Shown piece after piece: positions 30,352 through 41,152 of a DNA stretch of 64,000 nucleotides; positions within the stretch are counted from its first letter, which is position 1; every line of letters starts with the position of its first letter. Below the pieces are notes generated by a model that searched no databases, was not told where the DNA came from, and saw only the letters and a program-made list of their open reading frames with translations. This stretch comes from Alistipes sp. GTDB lineage: Bacteria > Bacteroidota > Bacteroidia > Bacteroidales > Rikenellaceae. The translations under genes and the position numbers were made by a program. The stretch covers positions 6,188 to 70,187 of the forward strand of contig JAFNYX010000002.1 of the NCBI GenBank assembly GCA_017654125.1, written 5' to 3'.

Positions 30352-30391
30352 TGGCTGTCCGGCAAGTTGGTTGCGACAGCCACTTTTTTTT
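30352..30391 (+). terminator. Terminator of the three-gene islet
   Basis: TGGCTGTC...GACAGCCA followed by a T-tract. Confidence 0.7.
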
Positions 30392-30486
30392 GATGGTTTA
30401 ACCGAAATATATTACATTTGCAGCCGATTAAGGTCATTACAGAGCAAACAGGATTTTTCCAAACTTTTATAAACATAAAAACTATT

Positions 30487-32190
30487 ATGGATTTTCGTCA
30501 CACTATCGATTTCCGACCAAAACTTTTCTCGACGCTTCGCAATTATAATCGCGAAAAGGCGGCAAAAGACTTCATGGCGGGTATCATTGTCGGCATCGTA
30601 GCCATTCCGCTTGCCATCGCATTTGGTATCGCTTCGGGTGTAGGCCCGACCGAGGGTCTTGTAACGGCTATCATTGCCGGCCTGCTTATCTCGGTATTCG
30701 GCGGCTCGAAGGTACAAATCGGAGGTCCGACCGGCGCATTTATTGTCATCATCTACGGCATTATCCAGCAATTCGGCGTCGGAGGTCTTGCCATTGCAAC
30801 TATCATGGCAGGTATCATGTTGGTACTGATGGGCATATTCCGTATGGGTAGCGTCATCAAGTTCATGCCATACCCTATCATCGTCGGATTTACGGGCGGT
30901 ATCGCCATAACTATCTTCTCTACACAGATGAACGACCTCTTTGGTCTGGGCATCGAAAAAGTGCCGGCAAACTTTATCGATAAGTGGATTTGCTACTTCC
31001 AGAATATCGGCAATATAAACTGGTGGGCATTCGGTGTCGGTATCATCAGCATCCTGATTATCGCCTACACGCCACGCTTCTCGAAGAAGGTGCCCGGTTC
31101 GCTACTTGCCATCGTCGTCATGACGGCACTCTGCTACATACTACGCGAATATGCCGGCGTAACCTCGATTAAGACCATTGGCGACCTCTACGAGTTGCCA
31201 TCGGGTCTGCCAGAGTGGCGCATTCCTATGTTGCCGGAGGGCGCATCATTCTTTGCAACGGTACAATCGCTGTTGCCGGTTGCCTTTACAATTGCAATGC
31301 TCGGCGCAATCGAGTCGTTGCTCTCGGCTATGGTAGCCGATGGTGTGATTGGCGATCGACACAACTCCAATACCGAGCTTATCGGCCAGGGTATTGCCAA
31401 TATCGTGGTTCCGTTCTTCGGCGGTATCCCTGCAACGGGAGCAATCGCCCGCACAATGGCCAACATCAACAACGGTGGTCGTACCCCTATCGCCGGTGTC
31501 GTACACACCATCGTACTGTTGCTCGTACTACTGTTGTTAGGAGGTTTAGTGGGAGCTATTCCTATGCCATGCTTGGCGGGCGTGCTGATTGTCGTATCGT
31601 ACAACATGAGTGGCTGGCGCACAATTCGTTCGATGTGCCGTCAATCGCGTTCGGATATTTTGGTACTCTTCACAACACTGCTACTGACCGTTATCTTCGA
31701 CCTTACGATTGCTATTGAGGTCGGCTTGGTATTGGCCGTAGTACTCTTCATGCGTCGAATCATGGAGAACACCAACATTTCGGTCATCCGCAACGAGATG
31801 GAGGTACACCACGATGGCGAGGCAGACGACGAGCGACTTGCAATTCCATCGAATACGGAGGTTTACGAGATTGACGGCCCGTTCTTCTTCGGCGTTGCAA
31901 ACAAGTTTGAGGAAATGGCTCGCACGCGCTCCAAGGCACAGATTCGTATTATCCGTATGCGCAAGGTATCGTTTATCGACGCAACGGGTCTGCATAACCT
32001 CGAAATCTTTATCGCATCGGCTCTTGATGAGGGTCGTACGGTAATTCTCTCGGGCGTAAACGAGCAGGTATATAACTCCATCGAGCGTGCAGGTATCGTT
32101 CGCATGGTCGGTGAGGACAACGTTCTCGACCACATCCACAAGGCACTGCAACGTGCCGAGCAGGTGTCGCAGCTGTTGGATATGAAGTAA
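30487..32190 (+). CDS. SulP/SLC26 family anion permease with STAS domain
   Basis: D..AG..VG.VA.PLA.AFG, QIGGPTGAF, IESLLSA, GAIART and GPFFFG motifs. Promoter TACATTTG at 30413-30420; start at ATG 30487. Confidence 0.95.
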   Translation: MDFRHTIDFRPKLFSTLRNYNREKAAKDFMAGIIVGIVAIPLAIAFGIASGVGPTEGLVTAIIAGLLISVFGGSKVQIGGPTGAFIVIIYGIIQQFGVGGLAIATIMAGIMLVLMGIFRMGSVIKFMPYPIIVGFTGGIAITIFSTQMNDLFGLGIEKVPANFIDKWICYFQNIGNINWWAFGVGIISILIIAYTPRFSKKVPGSLLAIVVMTALCYILREYAGVTSIKTIGDLYELPSGLPEWRIPMLPEGASFFATVQSLLPVAFTIAMLGAIESLLSAMVADGVIGDRHNSNTELIGQGIANIVVPFFGGIPATGAIARTMANINNGGRTPIAGVVHTIVLLLVLLLLGGLVGAIPMPCLAGVLIVVSYNMSGWRTIRSMCRQSRSDILVLFTTLLLTVIFDLTIAIEVGLVLAVVLFMRRIMENTNISVIRNEMEVHHDGEADDERLAIPSNTEVYEIDGPFFFGVANKFEEMARTRSKAQIRIIRMRKVSFIDATGLHNLEIFIASALDEGRTVILSGVNEQVYNSIERAGIVRMVGEDNVLDHIHKALQRAEQVSQLLDMK

Positions 32191-32211
32191 TCATACACAC
32201 TCGAACAAAAC

Positions 32212-32264
32212 AAAACCACCGAGGGCTGCCTGAATAATATTCGATGGCAGCCCTCGGTGGTTTT
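32212..32264. terminator. Bidirectional terminator
   Basis: AAAACCACCGAGGGCTGCC-loop-GGCAGCCCTCGGTGGTTTT. Confidence 0.9.
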
Positions 32265-32278
32265 ACGTCTCGACAGCG

Positions 32279-33025
32279 TCACTTCTTCTTCGACAAACGC
32301 TTAAACTCTTTTTTTGCCTGCTTCATGTCGCGGTTGAATCGCTCCGAAGAGTGCAACTTTGCAACAGCTGCCGCTGCACCAAGACGTGCCGCCGTAACGT
32401 CGCTCTGCCAATGGTAACCGACAATCATACGACTGTCACCCTGCATAAGACCCATCTTCAACAAGTCAATCGATGCTTCAGGATTGATCTCCATAAGCAA
32501 CAATGCCGCAGCCCATCCACGAGTCGTATGGCCCGAAGGGTACGAACCGTTATCGCCGAGATTGCTCTCGTGGTTCGGAATCGGTGTCTTCTCCTCAAAG
32601 TGGATAAACGGACGAGGACGCATATAGTGATTCTTCGGCGCATGAGCGATAGTCGCACACGTTGCAACAGAATTTACGAGCACTTTGAAAATATTCGGTG
32701 TACGCTCTTTGGAGATAGTCATACCGAACGGCCCACTGAACTCTTCGCAGAAGTTGCCAACCGAGGCATCTGCCTGTTTTATCGCCAAAGCCAATCGTGC
32801 CGGGTCACTCTTTCGCACGGCTTTGCCCCACTCGTATCGAGCGACGTCCAACGCAAACTCCGGAGAGTCGGCCGCAGGAGGAGCCGGTAACCAAACTCGC
32901 ATATCAGGCAACTCGTCAGGCTGGAAATAAGGATTAGCACTCTTAAAGGCATTTTGAGCCATCATTTCACCAGCTGCCGATGCGAGCAACAGACAGGCAA
33001 TGAATAAAGAAATCTTACGCTTCAT
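32279..33025 (-). CDS. Class A non-specific acid phosphatase (PAP2), secreted
   Basis: Signal peptide; K..Y.R.RP, SYPSGH and SR...GYHW.SDV motifs. Confidence 0.92.
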   Translation of the reverse strand: MKRKISLFIACLLLASAAGEMMAQNAFKSANPYFQPDELPDMRVWLPAPPAADSPEFALDVARYEWGKAVRKSDPARLALAIKQADASVGNFCEEFSGPFGMTISKERTPNIFKVLVNSVATCATIAHAPKNHYMRPRPFIHFEEKTPIPNHESNLGDNGSYPSGHTTRGWAAALLLMEINPEASIDLLKMGLMQGDSRMIVGYHWQSDVTAARLGAAAAVAKLHSSERFNRDMKQAKKEFKRLSKKK

Positions 33026-33045
33026 ATTGTATAGTGTTTTTTATG

Positions 33046-33756
33046 TTAGCCGATAATAAATATTGTAGGGCGTTTCTGTACATCAGGCAAACCAAACTTG
33101 CGCCACTCGGCAACGGTTGCCGTACGTATATATTCGTCCGACGCCGTAATGTTGCAGGCGATGCACAATCGTGTATTTGGCGCACAAGTACGCAGAATCT
33201 GCTCCGCAAGGCGAATGTTGCGATATGGTGCTTCGATTGCCACCTGCGACTGATGTTCCGACGTGGCTCGACTCTCTAAACGTTTGATTGCGCGCGAACG
33301 CTCCGGCTCCTTAACAGGCAGATAGCCATTGAAGGCGAACGACTGACCGCTCAATCCCGACGCCATGACCGCCATAAGGATAGACGACGGACCAACCAAC
33401 GGCACAACGCGAATCCCATAGCGATGGCACAACTCCACCACCTGCTGACCCGGATCGGCAACCGCAGGAACGCCCGCCTCCGAGATAACACCCGCATTGC
33501 GACCTTTTCGCAACGGCTCGACCATACGCGCGATGTCGGCCGGCGATGTGGTATGTTCGTTCAATTCGACAAACTCCGCATCGTCGATAGCTCGCGCATA
33601 GCCCGCTTTCGAGAGAAAGCGACGCGCCGAACGCACGTTCTCGACAATAAAATAGTCGAGTGCATTCACGACGTTCATATTCGCCGCAGGGGTTACATCC
33701 GCAACCGCCGTATCGTCCGCAATGGGACAAGGTATCAGGTAGAGAACTCCACTCAT
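33046..33756 (-). CDS. RsmI-like tetrapyrrole-methylase family SAM-dependent methyltransferase
   Basis: LYLIP, SEAGVPAVADPG, VPLVGPSS, FAFNGYLP and E.PYRN motifs. Confidence 0.85.
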   Translation of the reverse strand: MSGVLYLIPCPIADDTAVADVTPAANMNVVNALDYFIVENVRSARRFLSKAGYARAIDDAEFVELNEHTTSPADIARMVEPLRKGRNAGVISEAGVPAVADPGQQVVELCHRYGIRVVPLVGPSSILMAVMASGLSGQSFAFNGYLPVKEPERSRAIKRLESRATSEHQSQVAIEAPYRNIRLAEQILRTCAPNTRLCIACNITASDEYIRTATVAEWRKFGLPDVQKRPTIFIIG

Positions 33757-33762
33757 GACCGA

Positions 33763-36132
33763 TTATTCGTTTATATATATTCGTTTGACGCGCTTCGACA
33801 CACTCGTCAGCACCTCGTAAGGTATCGTTTCGAGCACCGCCGCCATATCTTCGACCGTATTGCCTGCCACCGGCGAGAAGATAACAACCTCGTCGCCCTC
33901 GGCCGCTTGCGGAGCTTCCGTCACGTCAATCATACAACTATCCATACATATACGACCGATAGTTGGAGCAGACACTCCGCCGACCAACATCGACCACCGC
34001 CCATCGCCCAGATGGCGATTCAGACCATCGGCATATCCAATCGGGATGGTCGCCACGCGCATCGGTCGCGAAACAACTCCTGCACGACCATAGCCGACCG
34101 TCTCACCCTCGTCAAGCGTACGAATCTGCACAATGCGTGTACGCAGCGTGGAACACATCTCCAACGCATCGTTATGCACGTAACCGAAACCATAGAGACC
34201 CAAACCCAGACGACACATATCGAAGTGTGCCTCCGGGAAACGAACGATAGCTGCCGAAGCCGCCGCATGACGCAACACACGATAAGGAAGGTGTTCCGTA
34301 ATAGTGCGGCTCATACTATCGAAGAGAGCAATCTGGTGACGCGTAAAATCGTCTTGCGAAGGGTCGTCAGCCACGCACAAGTGGGTAAAGACCGATGCAA
34401 CACGCACACGACCCACATACTCATCCAATTTATCGAGCAGCGCCGACATATCCTCTGCCATAAAGCCCAAACGGTGCATACCGGTATCGAGTTTCAGGTG
34501 AATCGGATAGTTGCGTGCACCATAAGCATCAACCGCCCGCACAAATGCTTCGAGCGAACGGAAACCGTATATTTCCGGTTCGAGCGCGGCATCAATCATC
34601 GCCTCGAAACTTGCATCGTCTGCATTCAACACCACAATCGGCATCGTGATTCCTCCCCTTCGCAACGCAACGCCCTCGTCGGCAAACGCTACGGCAAGAT
34701 ATGCCACACCTTGATGTTGCAACATACGCGCAACCTCCTCTTCGCCGGCACCATAACCCGACGCCTTAATCATTGCAACAAGACCTGCCGAGGCTGGCAT
34801 CACCGAGCGGAAATAGTTGATATTGCGCTCCATTGCTCGCAAGTTCACCTCCAATACCGTCGTATGGCTCTTCAACTCCAAGCGACGCGACACACGCTCG
34901 GTCTGTGCCGCACGATTGCCCTTTACGAGCACCGCCGCCGTAGCAAAATCGAGTTCAGTAAAACGCGCCAACATCTCGTCCGTCGAACGGAAAAAACGAT
35001 TTTCCATCGTCAGATAAGGTCGCGTACTTGCAATCGCCTCACCTATACCGATAAACATATCTATATTTGCGTCATTCACATACGCTGCCACCTCTCGTGC
35101 GAGTGCATCCTCCGCCAAATCGCTGCCCAAAATATCGGCCAACACCACAATTCGACGACGCGACCCCGCAACCGATGCAAGATAATTGAGCGCAATGACA
35201 AGCGAATTAATATCCGAATTATACGAGTCGTCGATGATGAGTGCATCACCAATGCCTTGCTTGACCTCCAAACGCATGGCAACGGGTTGCAACGCTGCAA
35301 AATCGGGCTTTGCGTAACCCATCGCCTCACAAAAAGCTGCGACCAATCGCGCATTGCGCTGTGATGCGGTATCTTCCATCGGTGTCTCCTCATCGCACGC
35401 ATCAATCAATACGCGGTCGGCAAATCGGCGACGAATCTCCTCGGCAAAAGATCTATATTCGCCCGTCGAACCGGTCGAGTCGTATATAATCTGCTCGGCG
35501 TGCTCGGCAAGCGTAAGTTTTTCTGTCATCTTTGCATGTGCCGACTCGAAATTATTTTGATGCGCATCGCCCATCGAAGTAAACACAACTACATCAGGAC
35601 GTATCATACGCTCCAAACGCGCCATCTCAAACGGTTTGGATATGCCAGCCTCGATAACCGCCACCTTACAATCATCCTCCATCATCATAAGCGACAGAGC
35701 CACGCCGAGTTGTGAATTATAACTGCGAGGCGAACGGAACATTTTCACATCGCGTGGTGCACATTGGGCAATCCACTCCTTGACTACCGTCTTACCGTTC
35801 GAGCCTGTAATACCGACCACCACACCGCCGAAACGCTCGCGACGCACCGTAGCCAACTGCTGCAATGCTCGCAAAGAGTCCTCGACAACGACCGCTCCAC
35901 AACCCTCCGCAAGCGACACTTCGCGCTCGACCAAAAAACCACGAACGCCACGCAGAAGCATATCTTCGACAAAGTCGTGTGCGTCGTGATTAACGCCACG
36001 CATTGCCACCATCAGCGCATCGTCGCCAATGAGACGGTCGCGACTATCGGTCACAATCGAACCGACCTGCACATCCTCTCCGTGAAGCGTTCCTCCGCAG
36101 ATTTCTGCTATTTCGGACAAACGAAATTTCAT
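33763..36132 (-). CDS. alr: Bifunctional MurF / alanine racemase fusion
   Basis: N-terminal ITGSNGKT, RSYNSQLG and DDSYNSD; C-terminal KASGYG, HLKLDTGMHRLG, GYADG, GRICMD and TIPYEV. Confidence 0.92.
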   Translation of the reverse strand: MKFRLSEIAEICGGTLHGEDVQVGSIVTDSRDRLIGDDALMVAMRGVNHDAHDFVEDMLLRGVRGFLVEREVSLAEGCGAVVVEDSLRALQQLATVRRERFGGVVVGITGSNGKTVVKEWIAQCAPRDVKMFRSPRSYNSQLGVALSLMMMEDDCKVAVIEAGISKPFEMARLERMIRPDVVVFTSMGDAHQNNFESAHAKMTEKLTLAEHAEQIIYDSTGSTGEYRSFAEEIRRRFADRVLIDACDEETPMEDTASQRNARLVAAFCEAMGYAKPDFAALQPVAMRLEVKQGIGDALIIDDSYNSDINSLVIALNYLASVAGSRRRIVVLADILGSDLAEDALAREVAAYVNDANIDMFIGIGEAIASTRPYLTMENRFFRSTDEMLARFTELDFATAAVLVKGNRAAQTERVSRRLELKSHTTVLEVNLRAMERNINYFRSVMPASAGLVAMIKASGYGAGEEEVARMLQHQGVAYLAVAFADEGVALRRGGITMPIVVLNADDASFEAMIDAALEPEIYGFRSLEAFVRAVDAYGARNYPIHLKLDTGMHRLGFMAEDMSALLDKLDEYVGRVRVASVFTHLCVADDPSQDDFTRHQIALFDSMSRTITEHLPYRVLRHAAASAAIVRFPEAHFDMCRLGLGLYGFGYVHNDALEMCSTLRTRIVQIRTLDEGETVGYGRAGVVSRPMRVATIPIGYADGLNRHLGDGRWSMLVGGVSAPTIGRICMDSCMIDVTEAPQAAEGDEVVIFSPVAGNTVEDMAAVLETIPYEVLTSVSKRVKRIYINE

Positions 36133-36149
36133 CTTCTTCTCTATCTGTT

Positions 36150-38636
36150 TTATATTCCGAACGTAACCACCGTTATACCAGAGCCACCACGGTCAGGGTG
36201 ATCATCCACCGCACTCTCAACCTCCGGCAATGCTCGCAGGTATTTTCGCAGCTCCTCTTTTAGGGCGCCGGTACCTTTGCCGTGCAGAATTGTCACCGTA
36301 CCGACACCGACCATCAACGCATCATCGACCAACGCACGCACCTTCTCCAACGCATCGACCACCCTCTCGCCTCGCACGTCTATCGACGAGCGGAAGTTCA
36401 GGCGGCGTTGCGAAATATCCGCCGAAATAACTGTACGCGGTGTAACGGGACGTGTCGCACGTTTATATTCGGCCGACGAAATTACCTCCAAACGCGATGC
36501 GTCGACCGTCGTGAGCATCTGTCCGAAAGCAACTTGCGCCTTCTTGCCACGTATCGACTGAACGACACCAACACCATCCTGTCCCATCAGGCGCACCTTT
36601 GCACCCTGCTCCAACGGTAACTTCTTCTTCTCGGGCTGCGGTTCGCTCTTTGCCTCCACACCTCCATTCTGCTTACGCTCCTCGCGACGTTGACGACGAC
36701 GCTCGATACGCGCCATTTCACGTTCCAATCGCTCTGCATCCTGCGTCGTATCCTCCTGCTCAACACTCTCCTTAAATTCGTTGAACGTACGACGCAATTC
36801 GCGCGTAGCCTCGCGCTCGGCCTGCGACTCGCGGATGCTTTTTATGGTGGTCTCGATTTGACGATTCGCCTCGGCAATAAGTTCTCGCGCCTGCTGCTTT
36901 GCTGCGTGGATAATCGCACGTCGCTCCTCGCGAATCGACGAGAGCGAGTCGTGGTAGGCATGTTCCAACTCCTCAACCTTGCGGTCGGTCTGACGGATAC
37001 GCTCGCGCTTCTGCTCCCAATAACGCTTATCGCGAGCAATTTCGCGCAACTGACGCTCCATATCTATATGGTCGCTACCGACCTTTTCACGCGCCGAACT
37101 GATAATGCTCTCCGGCAACCCAATCTTACGCGCAATCTCGATTGCAAACGAACTACCCGGTTTGCCTGTTTCGAGGCTGAATAGCGGGCGAATATTCTGC
37201 ACATCGAACATCATCGCGCCATTAATCACGCCGGCCGTTGCCGATGCATAATATTTTATGTTCGAGTAGTGGGTAGTAATTACTCCGAAACATCCGCTTT
37301 CGACCAAACGCTCCAAAATCGACTCGGCAATTGCCGCACCGATTGTAGGTTCCGTACCGGAACCAAACTCATCGATAAGTACCAACGTCTCGGAATCTGC
37401 TCCGGCAAGCATCGCCTTCATATTGAGCAGATGCGACGAGTAGGTCGAAAGGTCGTTTTCGATGGATTGCTGGTCACCTATATCAATGTATATTTTGCGA
37501 AATACGGGCAACTCGCTATTCTCCGACACCGTAACCGGAAAACCACATTGGAACATATATTGGATAAGACCAAAAGTCTTCAAGCAGACCGATTTTCCAC
37601 CCGCATTCGGGCCCGAAATCACAAGTATTCGGTTATCTCGGTCGAGGCGCGCATCGAGTGGAACAATCGATCGTCCGCTACGCTGCAATGTCTGTGCAAG
37701 CAATGGATGACGCGCCGTACGCAACCACACCTCGCCCTCCGAGAGTATTGGACTCACCGCACCATTCTCTATCGCCCAACGCGCCTTTGCGCGAACCATA
37801 TCCACGCGGGCAATATACTCGCCTGAGTGTTCGACCGCATCCGCATCCACGCGCACCATATCGGTAAAGGCCGTCAGCACACGCACCACCTCGCGGCGCT
37901 CGGCATACTCCAACTCCTTCAAGCGGTTGTTGAGTTCGACCACCTCTACCGGCTCGACATAGAAGGTTTTGCCCGTAGCAGACTCATCGTGTATAAAACC
38001 CTGCAATTTGCGTTTGTTCACCGCCGCAACCGGAATAACGGCTCTACCCTCGCGAATCGAGACGGTTGCCTCCGGTTCAACTATACCGGCACTCTTGGCC
38101 GAGAGCAACACCTGTTGCAAACGCTTCGAGACCTGACCTTGATGGCGACGAATCTCACCTCGCACCGCAGCCAACTCCGGCGATGCGTTATCACGCACGT
38201 TGCCGAATTCGTCAATAATACGCGATACCTCACGCACGATATGCGCCAGCGAAACAACATCACGACTCAATCGGTGCAACTGCGGAAACTCTTTCTGCTC
38301 GCGACTGCGTACCGACTCGACGATGGCAGCCACCGACGAGAGTGTTGCACCCAAGCGCACCACCTCAGAGGCTTCGAGGAACGTACCCTCCACGCGAATC
38401 TTCTCGACAATCGAGTCAATATCGAAAAACTCGTCTCGAAACGCATCACCATCCGACACGAGCACACGACGGATTTCGTCGGCGAGCGCCTGTCGGCGGG
38501 CAATCTCTTTTGGCGAGGTCGAAAAACGCTCCTCGTTAAGCATCGCCACCGAACGGTGCATCGTACAGAGCGCGGCACACTGTCGGCGCACTACATCGAA
38601 ACCTATTCTCGACTCGAAATTTTCGGGATAGACCAT
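36150..38636 (-). CDS. mutS2: Endonuclease MutS2
   Basis: HDESATGKT, ISGPNAGGKS, LSTYSSHL, DEFGSGTEP and TTHY; C-terminal Smr domain ILHGKGTG. Confidence 0.95.
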   Translation of the reverse strand: MVYPENFESRIGFDVVRRQCAALCTMHRSVAMLNEERFSTSPKEIARRQALADEIRRVLVSDGDAFRDEFFDIDSIVEKIRVEGTFLEASEVVRLGATLSSVAAIVESVRSREQKEFPQLHRLSRDVVSLAHIVREVSRIIDEFGNVRDNASPELAAVRGEIRRHQGQVSKRLQQVLLSAKSAGIVEPEATVSIREGRAVIPVAAVNKRKLQGFIHDESATGKTFYVEPVEVVELNNRLKELEYAERREVVRVLTAFTDMVRVDADAVEHSGEYIARVDMVRAKARWAIENGAVSPILSEGEVWLRTARHPLLAQTLQRSGRSIVPLDARLDRDNRILVISGPNAGGKSVCLKTFGLIQYMFQCGFPVTVSENSELPVFRKIYIDIGDQQSIENDLSTYSSHLLNMKAMLAGADSETLVLIDEFGSGTEPTIGAAIAESILERLVESGCFGVITTHYSNIKYYASATAGVINGAMMFDVQNIRPLFSLETGKPGSSFAIEIARKIGLPESIISSAREKVGSDHIDMERQLREIARDKRYWEQKRERIRQTDRKVEELEHAYHDSLSSIREERRAIIHAAKQQARELIAEANRQIETTIKSIRESQAEREATRELRRTFNEFKESVEQEDTTQDAERLEREMARIERRRQRREERKQNGGVEAKSEPQPEKKKLPLEQGAKVRLMGQDGVGVVQSIRGKKAQVAFGQMLTTVDASRLEVISSAEYKRATRPVTPRTVISADISQRRLNFRSSIDVRGERVVDALEKVRALVDDALMVGVGTVTILHGKGTGALKEELRKYLRALPEVESAVDDHPDRGGSGITVVTFGI

Positions 38637-38754
38637 TTTCGGAGAGTGTACTTTTTGTCTATGTTTTTACTATGATTTCAAAAAAATCCCGACCGCAGGA
38701 GTACGCGCCACCAACTACTTCACGCGCGCCGTCCGCTATCGGGACAATTCGTTG

Positions 38755-39717
38755 TTACTCGGCTCTCTTCGCCGCCTTCTTCTCGGCTTTTGCAGCCTTC
38801 TTTGCCGCCTTTGCCTGTGCCTTCTGCTCATCCACGCCAAAGAGCGAGAAATGAACGTAGCGTGCAGGATTTTCCTTCAAATCGGCAAGCAGTACGGAGA
38901 GATTGTTCGACGCCGTAGCCAAATTGTCGTACAGCGCACGGTCGCCAAGCAAACCGCCAACCGTTCCCTGCGAATTATTAACCTTCGCAAGCACCTCGTT
39001 GAGTGTCGCAACCGCATCCGCAAGCGACTTCGCCAACTGACGCTGCTCCAACTCTGCAACAAGTGCATTTACACCCATCATAACGCTGTCGATACGCTCA
39101 CCGTTACGGCTCAACGTACCCGTAAACTCGTCAATATTCGATACGATGTGCGAGCTACGCAACTCGGCAAGCACCGCATTCAGATTAGCAACCGCCGCCG
39201 TAATATTGGCATTATTACCATCGACTACGGCATTAAGCCCCGTAACCGTCTTGTTCAGGTTGTCAATAAGTTCCACCACCTTACCCTTGATGTCGCCCAA
39301 CTCCGATGCCGCCATATCGAGCATATCCTGCTCAACCTCCGCACGAATCTCCGCACCGGCCGCAAGAGTCTCGCTCGATGAGCCGAGTTCAATCTCTATC
39401 GCCTTGCCGCCCATCAGTCCGGCACTAAAAATCTTTGCTTGCGAGTCGCTCGGCAACTTATAGTCGCGCGAAACCGACATCGTAACCTTGACTTTCGACG
39501 GATCCTCCGGCGAAACGGCAACCTGCGCTACCTGGCCAACCTTTACACCGCGAATCATAACCGCCGAAGCATTCTGCAAGCCTGCCGCCTCGTCATAATA
39601 AGCATAGTAGGTCACATTGCGACCAAACACATCCACACCACTCAAAAATCGGATACCTACCCACGCCGCAGCAATAATCACAACAGCATAGATTCCAATC
39701 TTTACCTCTTTTTTCAT
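38755..39717 (-). CDS. MlaD/MCE family protein
   Basis: N-terminal TM anchor (KEVKIGI...); GL...SAV...GVKVGQV; helical tail ending DLKENPARYV.FS.FG. Confidence 0.9.
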   Translation of the reverse strand: MKKEVKIGIYAVVIIAAAWVGIRFLSGVDVFGRNVTYYAYYDEAAGLQNASAVMIRGVKVGQVAQVAVSPEDPSKVKVTMSVSRDYKLPSDSQAKIFSAGLMGGKAIEIELGSSSETLAAGAEIRAEVEQDMLDMAASELGDIKGKVVELIDNLNKTVTGLNAVVDGNNANITAAVANLNAVLAELRSSHIVSNIDEFTGTLSRNGERIDSVMMGVNALVAELEQRQLAKSLADAVATLNEVLAKVNNSQGTVGGLLGDRALYDNLATASNNLSVLLADLKENPARYVHFSLFGVDEQKAQAKAAKKAAKAEKKAAKRAE

Positions 39718-39795
39718 CTTAAACATATTTCAATCCGTTTTTGTTTTCGACTTTTCGATAAATTCGTCTTTTATTTTATGATTTTCATTCTCTTG

Positions 39796-41010
39796 TTACT
39801 TTGCTATACGACCACCGCTTACCGCCACAACAAACGCCGACGGAAAGCGTTTACGTACATCCGCAACAGCACGCTGTGCCGCAGCACGATCGGCATACTC
39901 GCCCACGCAATATTTATACGGGAACGACCCATCGGAGAGTACCTCCACAACCCGACCACGATACTCGCCAAGCTCCGCGTGCGAGAGCGACAAGCGTTTT
40001 GCGCTTGCCATAATCTGCACGGCATAGTGAAGCGTTTTCTTCGGCTGCTCAGTTTTCGATTGCTCCACTTTCGGCTGCTCGGTTTTCGGTTGCTCTACTT
40101 TCGGCTGCTCGGTTTTCGGCTGCTCCACACTCAATTGTTCGGTCGATTGCGCAGGTTTAGGCTCACTCGGCGGTGTTGCAACGACCGACGACTCTGCCAC
40201 TTCGGTTTTCGACTCATCAACAAGCAATGTTTTTCGCACATAAGCCACATAATCCTTAACGGCCGAATAGAGCGCATTCGCTATCTCGTTTTGCCCCTTT
40301 TCGGATGTAATATACGCAAGCTCCTGCGGATTGGACATAAAACCGATTTCGGTCAGCACACTCGGCATATCGGTAGCATAGAGGACCTTCAACGGCTGAC
40401 GACGCACTCCGCGACTTGCGCGGCCAAGCGCCATATAGTGTTTCTGCACTAGGCGCGCCATCATTTCGCTATACTCACCGTAGGTGAATTGCAGATTTTG
40501 AATATATGCCCTCACGATAGCCGCCGTCTTCTGGTCGGACATATCGAGCAACTCGTCTTTATTGTTCAGATAGAGAGCCTGCTCGTTGATGCGTGTCTCC
40601 ATTGAGGTTTCACCCATTATAAGTGTCTCCACACCTCGCACCGCACTGTTACGCGCCGCATTGGAGTGAATCGAAATGAACAAATCACCATTTGCATTGT
40701 TGGCAATATCGGCACGAGCCTGCAAATCGTCGGTCAGCACACTCGAAAAATTCTTCTCCACCTTACGCGTATAGACAACCTTTATCTGTGGCATACCACG
40801 CTCGATAAGCGCACCAAGTTTCAGCGCAACTTTCAGATTAATATCCTTCTCGCAGATGCCGCCATAGCGCGCACCAGGGAAACGCGACCCACCATGTCCC
40901 GCGTCAATAACAATTGTTCGTACACCGCACGCAACATTCTCCTCCGCTTTTGCGTTAAAGCAGAGTGCACCGAACAACAGAAATAGTATGCCGAAAACAA
41001 TTCTATGCAT
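39796..41010 (-). CDS. N-acetylmuramoyl-L-alanine amidase (Amidase_3) with SPOR-like C-terminus
   Basis: Signal peptide; IDAGHGG, EKDINL, FISIHSNA and LTEIGF motifs; C-terminal YAVQI...YKY.VG...AFVVA. Confidence 0.92.
   Translation of the reverse strand: MHRIVFGILFLLFGALCFNAKAEENVACGVRTIVIDAGHGGSRFPGARYGGICEKDINLKVALKLGALIERGMPQIKVVYTRKVEKNFSSVLTDDLQARADIANNANGDLFISIHSNAARNSAVRGVETLIMGETSMETRINEQALYLNNKDELLDMSDQKTAAIVRAYIQNLQFTYGEYSEMMARLVQKHYMALGRASRGVRRQPLKVLYATDMPSVLTEIGFMSNPQELAYITSEKGQNEIANALYSAVKDYVAYVRKTLLVDESKTEVAESSVVATPPSEPKPAQSTEQLSVEQPKTEQPKVEQPKTEQPKVEQSKTEQPKKTLHYAVQIMASAKRLSLSHAELGEYRGRVVEVLSDGSFPYKYCVGEYADRAAAQRAVADVRKRFPSAFVVAVSGGRIAK
40039..40128 (-). repeat. 15-bp tandem repeat x6 encoding (V/T)EQ(P/S)K in the amidase linker
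   Basis: VEQPK-TEQPK-VEQPK-TEQPK-VEQSK-TEQPK; the alternation gives a 30-bp higher-order period. Confidence 0.9.
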
Positions 41011-41152
41011 AGCGGTTCGTGGTCACAAAATTTGATATGTAGAGTTTTTTCACTATCTTTACGCGCCGAAAAAACGCGCACACAAGCGCACAAGGGCTTG
41101 ATTTTGCCGTTTTTGCCGACTTGTCGGCAAAGGTACGAAAAATTTTGGATTT

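Noticed and set aside
33763-36132. MurF-Alr fusion as a novelty
   Set aside because: This fusion is common in Bacteroidota.
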